The notes under the pieces: model-generated | What the model saw: only the letters and a program-made list of their open reading frames with translations | The model's database searches: none | Told to the model about the DNA's origin: nothing | Program-made: the position numbers and the translations under genes | NCBI GenBank assembly: GCA_020532515.1 | Contig: JAJBAY010000001.1 | Location: forward strand, 26,214-90,213 | Direction: 5' to 3' | Origin: Candidatus Cloacimonadota bacterium | GTDB lineage: Bacteria > Cloacimonadota > Cloacimonadia > Cloacimonadales > Cloacimonadaceae | DNA: 64,000 nucleotides | Part shown: positions 61,279 through 64,000 of the stretch, one piece after another | Layout of the letters: each line of letters starts with the position of its first letter | How positions within the stretch are numbered: position 1 is the stretch's first letter

Positions 61279-62076
61279 TTATACTTTCAAGTCTGAGACC
61301 GGTATCTCCCAAAAGGAGGTATCATGATTCAAAAGCAAAGTGCCACTTCTTGCTTTGAGCCGGTCATAAATCAATTTCTTGGCTGCCACAGTATCGCTTC
61401 TACAGACATCATAAGCAGAGGTAACCGCCATGGAGGTATGAAACCTGGTGGGGATAATATCTCCGGCATAAATGTAAAAGCCTTCAGGGCTATCTATCTG
61501 CACAAACTGACAGCCCACAGTGTGACCGCCGGCCTTTACGCATATGACTCCCTCAGCCATTTCGACTTCAGCCTCGATAAGCTCCAGCTTGCCGTGGCTT
61601 TCCAAAAGAGCAAGCTGATGTTCAAAGGCATACGCGGCCTGGTTTGTGGTGTCCGGAGCTTTAGCCATTTCCCACTCGTCCTTTTGAATCCAGTATTTGG
61701 CTCTGGGAAAAGTGAGTATATCATGAGTGCCCAAGCTGGTGACAATGCCGCCAGCGTGGTCAAAATGCAGATGAGTCATGATCACATCAGTGATGTCTCT
61801 GTCGCGATAGCCCAGCTCTGCCAAAGCGGTAGGCAAGGCAAATTCACTGGGGCGGTAGATCTCTTGCTGCTTATCGCTGAGGCGATTTCCCGTGCCTGTA
61901 TCAATCAGGATGCGGCGATCTCCGCTTACAATCAAAGCCAGATTCAGATCTAATCTTTTGCGACGCTTCTCGTCGGTCTGGATCTTCTTTCCCCAGATCG
62001 CGTAAGGAAGCACACCCATAAAGGCGCCACCATCTGACCAATAATGTCCCGCGTGGACTTTAATTATCTTTGTCAC
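61279..62076 (-). CDS. MBL-fold metallo-hydrolase
   Basis: MTHLHFDHAGG (HxHxDH). The ORF-track ATG at 62187 would overlap the jag gene by 128 nt. GTG at 62076 (VTKIIKVHAG...) gives a 17-nt overlap and is preferred, but the start remains uncertain. Confidence 0.65.
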   Translation of the reverse strand: MTKIIKVHAGHYWSDGGAFMGVLPYAIWGKKIQTDEKRRKRLDLNLALIVSGDRRILIDTGTGNRLSDKQQEIYRPSEFALPTALAELGYRDRDITDVIMTHLHFDHAGGIVTSLGTHDILTFPRAKYWIQKDEWEMAKAPDTTNQAAYAFEHQLALLESHGKLELIEAEVEMAEGVICVKAGGHTVGCQFVQIDSPEGFYIYAGDIIPTRFHTSMAVTSAYDVCRSDTVAAKKLIYDRLKARSGTLLLNHDTSFWEIPVSDLKV

Positions 62077-62932
62077 CAGAAGTTCCAGACTGCTTGTTTG
62101 CTCTGGGATTGGTACGGGGGCGACGCTGCGGGCGTGGTTTGCGATCTGGAGTGGAATATGTCTTAGCATCCGGCTTACCATCGGCATGCTCTTTTGGTGG
62201 AGCTGGTTTTCTGCCAGAAGATCTCTGGGGCCTACGGGAACTGTCTGGTTTTACGCTCTTGTTATCAGCCGGTTTATTAGGGGAATTCTGCTTCCGGATT
62301 TCGCTTTCTTTTTGCTTGGAAGAGAAGATCACAATGCGTTTGTTTTCTCCTTCTCCCACGGTGAGAGTGCGAAGTCCTTTGTCGCGCTCAACATGACGGT
62401 GGATGATCCTTCTCTCGCCAGGGCTCATGGGATCCAGAGTGAGGGATTCACCCTGGACTTTTACTTTTTTAATATCCGAGATGAAGCGATTCAAAAATTG
62501 CGCTTCACGACGCGCTCTATAGCCATCTGCATCCACATAGATGCGTTCGATGCCTTTATCATCTTCAAAGACACGGTTGATCAGGTATTGGATGGTTTCC
62601 AGCATGGAGCCATTTTTGCCGATGACAAAACCTGGCTCCGCGACTCCTTCTATAGTAAGAAAGAGAGTTTTGCCTTCGCTCTTAGTGATTACTTTGCCAA
62701 AGCTGACGCCCATTTTGCTTAATAAAGTTTCGGCGAAAAGCCTTACCCTGTCCTGGTTTTCAGGAAGCTGAAAGCGTACCAGGGCGATCTTGTTTGCGAA
62801 AAGCCCAAAAAATCCTTTACTGGGCTTTTTTATAATATCATATTTAAGTTCGTGATCACTAATATTGTGCTCACTGCGAAACTTGCGGATGATCTCTTCT
62901 ACAGAGTCTCCGCTTCTATCGATAGTGTTCAT
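62060..62932 (-). CDS. jag: Jag/KhpB-type RNA-binding protein (Jag_N + KH + R3H) with long basic C-terminal tail
   Basis: N-terminal EEIIRKF...ELKYDIIKKPSKGFFGLF, KH-like VIGKNGSMLETIQYL, and R3H PMSPGERRIIHRHV. It lies immediately downstream of yidC. Confidence 0.85.
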   Translation of the reverse strand: MNTIDRSGDSVEEIIRKFRSEHNISDHELKYDIIKKPSKGFFGLFANKIALVRFQLPENQDRVRLFAETLLSKMGVSFGKVITKSEGKTLFLTIEGVAEPGFVIGKNGSMLETIQYLINRVFEDDKGIERIYVDADGYRARREAQFLNRFISDIKKVKVQGESLTLDPMSPGERRIIHRHVERDKGLRTLTVGEGENKRIVIFSSKQKESEIRKQNSPNKPADNKSVKPDSSRRPQRSSGRKPAPPKEHADGKPDAKTYSTPDRKPRPQRRPRTNPRANKQSGTSGDKDN

Positions 62933-62936
62933 TAAA

Positions 62937-64000
62937 TTATTCCTTGTTTCTGTGCTTTTTTAGCAGATAATACTGCTGGATTACTGAGTAAATGTTGAAG
63001 ACAGTCCAATAGAGCACCAGGCCTGCGGGCATACCCCGGAAGATGAAGAACATCATGATCGGCATCATCCAGGTCATCATTTTTTGAGTGGATTGAGCCG
63101 CTTTCTGTTTTTCATCCATTTCGTCCACATTAACCGGTTTGGGTTGCATCATTTTGGATTGTAAGATCATAAAGATTCCCATGAGGATGGGAAGTATCAT
63201 ATAAGGATCTGGCTCGGAGAGATCCTTTAACCAGAAGACAAAACCTGCGTTGCGCATATCCAGTGAGTAGCGCAAGACATTATAGAGAGCGAAGAAGATT
63301 GGCATTTGGAGCAACAAGGGCAGGCATCCGGACATGGGGCTGGCTCCGGCTTCTTTGTAGAGCTTGCTCATTTCTACTTGCAGAGTTTTGGGGTCGTTTT
63401 TGTATTTGGTTTGCAAAGCGTGCAGATGAGGCTGTAGTTCCTGCATTTTGAGGGATGCACTCATGCTCTTATTGGTCAGCGGGTGCAAAACAATCTTGAT
63501 CAGGAAAGCGAAGATAACGATTACCACGCCATAGTTTTTCACAAAGCCATGTAGCCAGCTCAGGAACCAGGCAAAGGCATTGGCAAGCCAACGCAGCCAA
63601 TTGTAGCCACGCTCAGCGATGTTTTCCATCTGCGGTCCGTAGGTCTTGAGGAGGCTTGCATCAGCAGGTCCGGCAAACAGAACAAAGCTCTGTTCCCAAT
63701 TTGCCTTGGCTGTGCGCTGAAAACTATCCACACTGAATCCAGGATTATGGGTCTCAGCATTGATTACAGTAGTGAAGGCCCTGCTCAATTGAGGCTCGGT
63801 CTCCCTCAAAGCCAGAGTGAAGTATTTGCTGCGTACGGCTGCGTAGCCGAAGCTACCAAAACTGCCACGGGGTTGATTTTTACGCATCTTGGAAAGCGAA
63901 ACCTTCAAAAGCTCATTATCAGCATAGAGGAAGAATCTGTAATCCTGAATCTTGGTTTTAGGATTCTTTTCACTATCCGCTATGCCGTCTGAGAGATCCA
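62937..64000 (-). CDS. yidC: membrane protein insertase YidC (partial; N-terminus beyond window edge)
   Basis: C-terminal 60-kDa_IMP core (KSMSASLKMQELQPHLHALQTKYKNDP, GCLPLLLQMPIFFALY, GLVLYWTVFN). The frame stays open from 63908 to the window end, and the 'M' at 63908 is an internal TTG. Confidence 0.9.
   Translation of the reverse strand, partial: DLSDGIADSEKNPKTKIQDYRFFLYADNELLKVSLSKMRKNQPRGSFGSFGYAAVRSKYFTLALRETEPQLSRAFTTVINAETHNPGFSVDSFQRTAKANWEQSFVLFAGPADASLLKTYGPQMENIAERGYNWLRWLANAFAWFLSWLHGFVKNYGVVIVIFAFLIKIVLHPLTNKSMSASLKMQELQPHLHALQTKYKNDPKTLQVEMSKLYKEAGASPMSGCLPLLLQMPIFFALYNVLRYSLDMRNAGFVFWLKDLSEPDPYMILPILMGIFMILQSKMMQPKPVNVDEMDEKQKAAQSTQKMMTWMMPIMMFFIFRGMPAGLVLYWTVFNIYSVIQQYYLLKKHRNKE

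Noticed and set aside
61324-62722. Plus-strand ORFs 61324-61953 (209 aa), 62070-62396 and 62186-62722 (178 aa)
   Set aside because: Antisense to the MBL hydrolase (HLHFDHAGG) and Jag (KH/R3H) genes. No motifs.

Overview
Gene-dense chromosomal window with about 58 protein genes. I recognised no rRNA, tRNA, CRISPR array, transposase or integrase. The source looks like an uncultured FCB-superphylum-type bacterium, possibly Cloacimonadota-like. That guess rests only on NYPNPF-type sorting tails, LVIVD propellers and gene order, so it is low confidence.

Core blocks:
- infC-rpmI-rplT, then pheS-pheT-zapB-like-zapA-(spacer)-rny-ymdB-folD.
- ribH-nusB followed by a tightly packed envelope-type gene string: GT2, radical SAM/SPASM, membrane propeller protein, DUF4159, lpxH, cyclophilin.
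- jag-yidC at the right edge, with yidC running off the window.
- Single genes: hydE, cdd, amidase, DEAD-box helicase, and a lone Na+-decarboxylase beta subunit.

Envelope and secretome content:
- Two proteins with T9SS-type C-terminal sorting tails. One is an 1802-aa C25 (gingipain-like) protein whose catalytic His position reads Trp.
- Two large paralogous lipoproteins, two LVIVD propeller proteins, and OmpA.

Most accessory-looking or unusual items:
1. A two-gene McrBC-type module (6370-10289) with a DUF3578-like head and an oversized DUF2357-type nuclease partner that carries an unassigned C-terminal domain.
2. A roughly 100-nt CTCGAG-rich intergenic repeat present four times, always at operon boundaries.
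3. A seven-gene translationally coupled operon headed by an IspA homologue with degenerate Asp-rich motifs and containing a MoxR ATPase without a VWA partner.
4. A 1112-aa tandem-cyclase/STAND/TPR protein whose two cyclase domains have complementary degenerate active-site halves.
5. A 25-bp near-perfect inverted repeat upstream of hydE.
6. A probable non-AUG start plus a structured leader for infC.
7. A 6S-RNA-like fold in the zapA-rny spacer.

All functional calls come from motif reading by eye. No searches were run.
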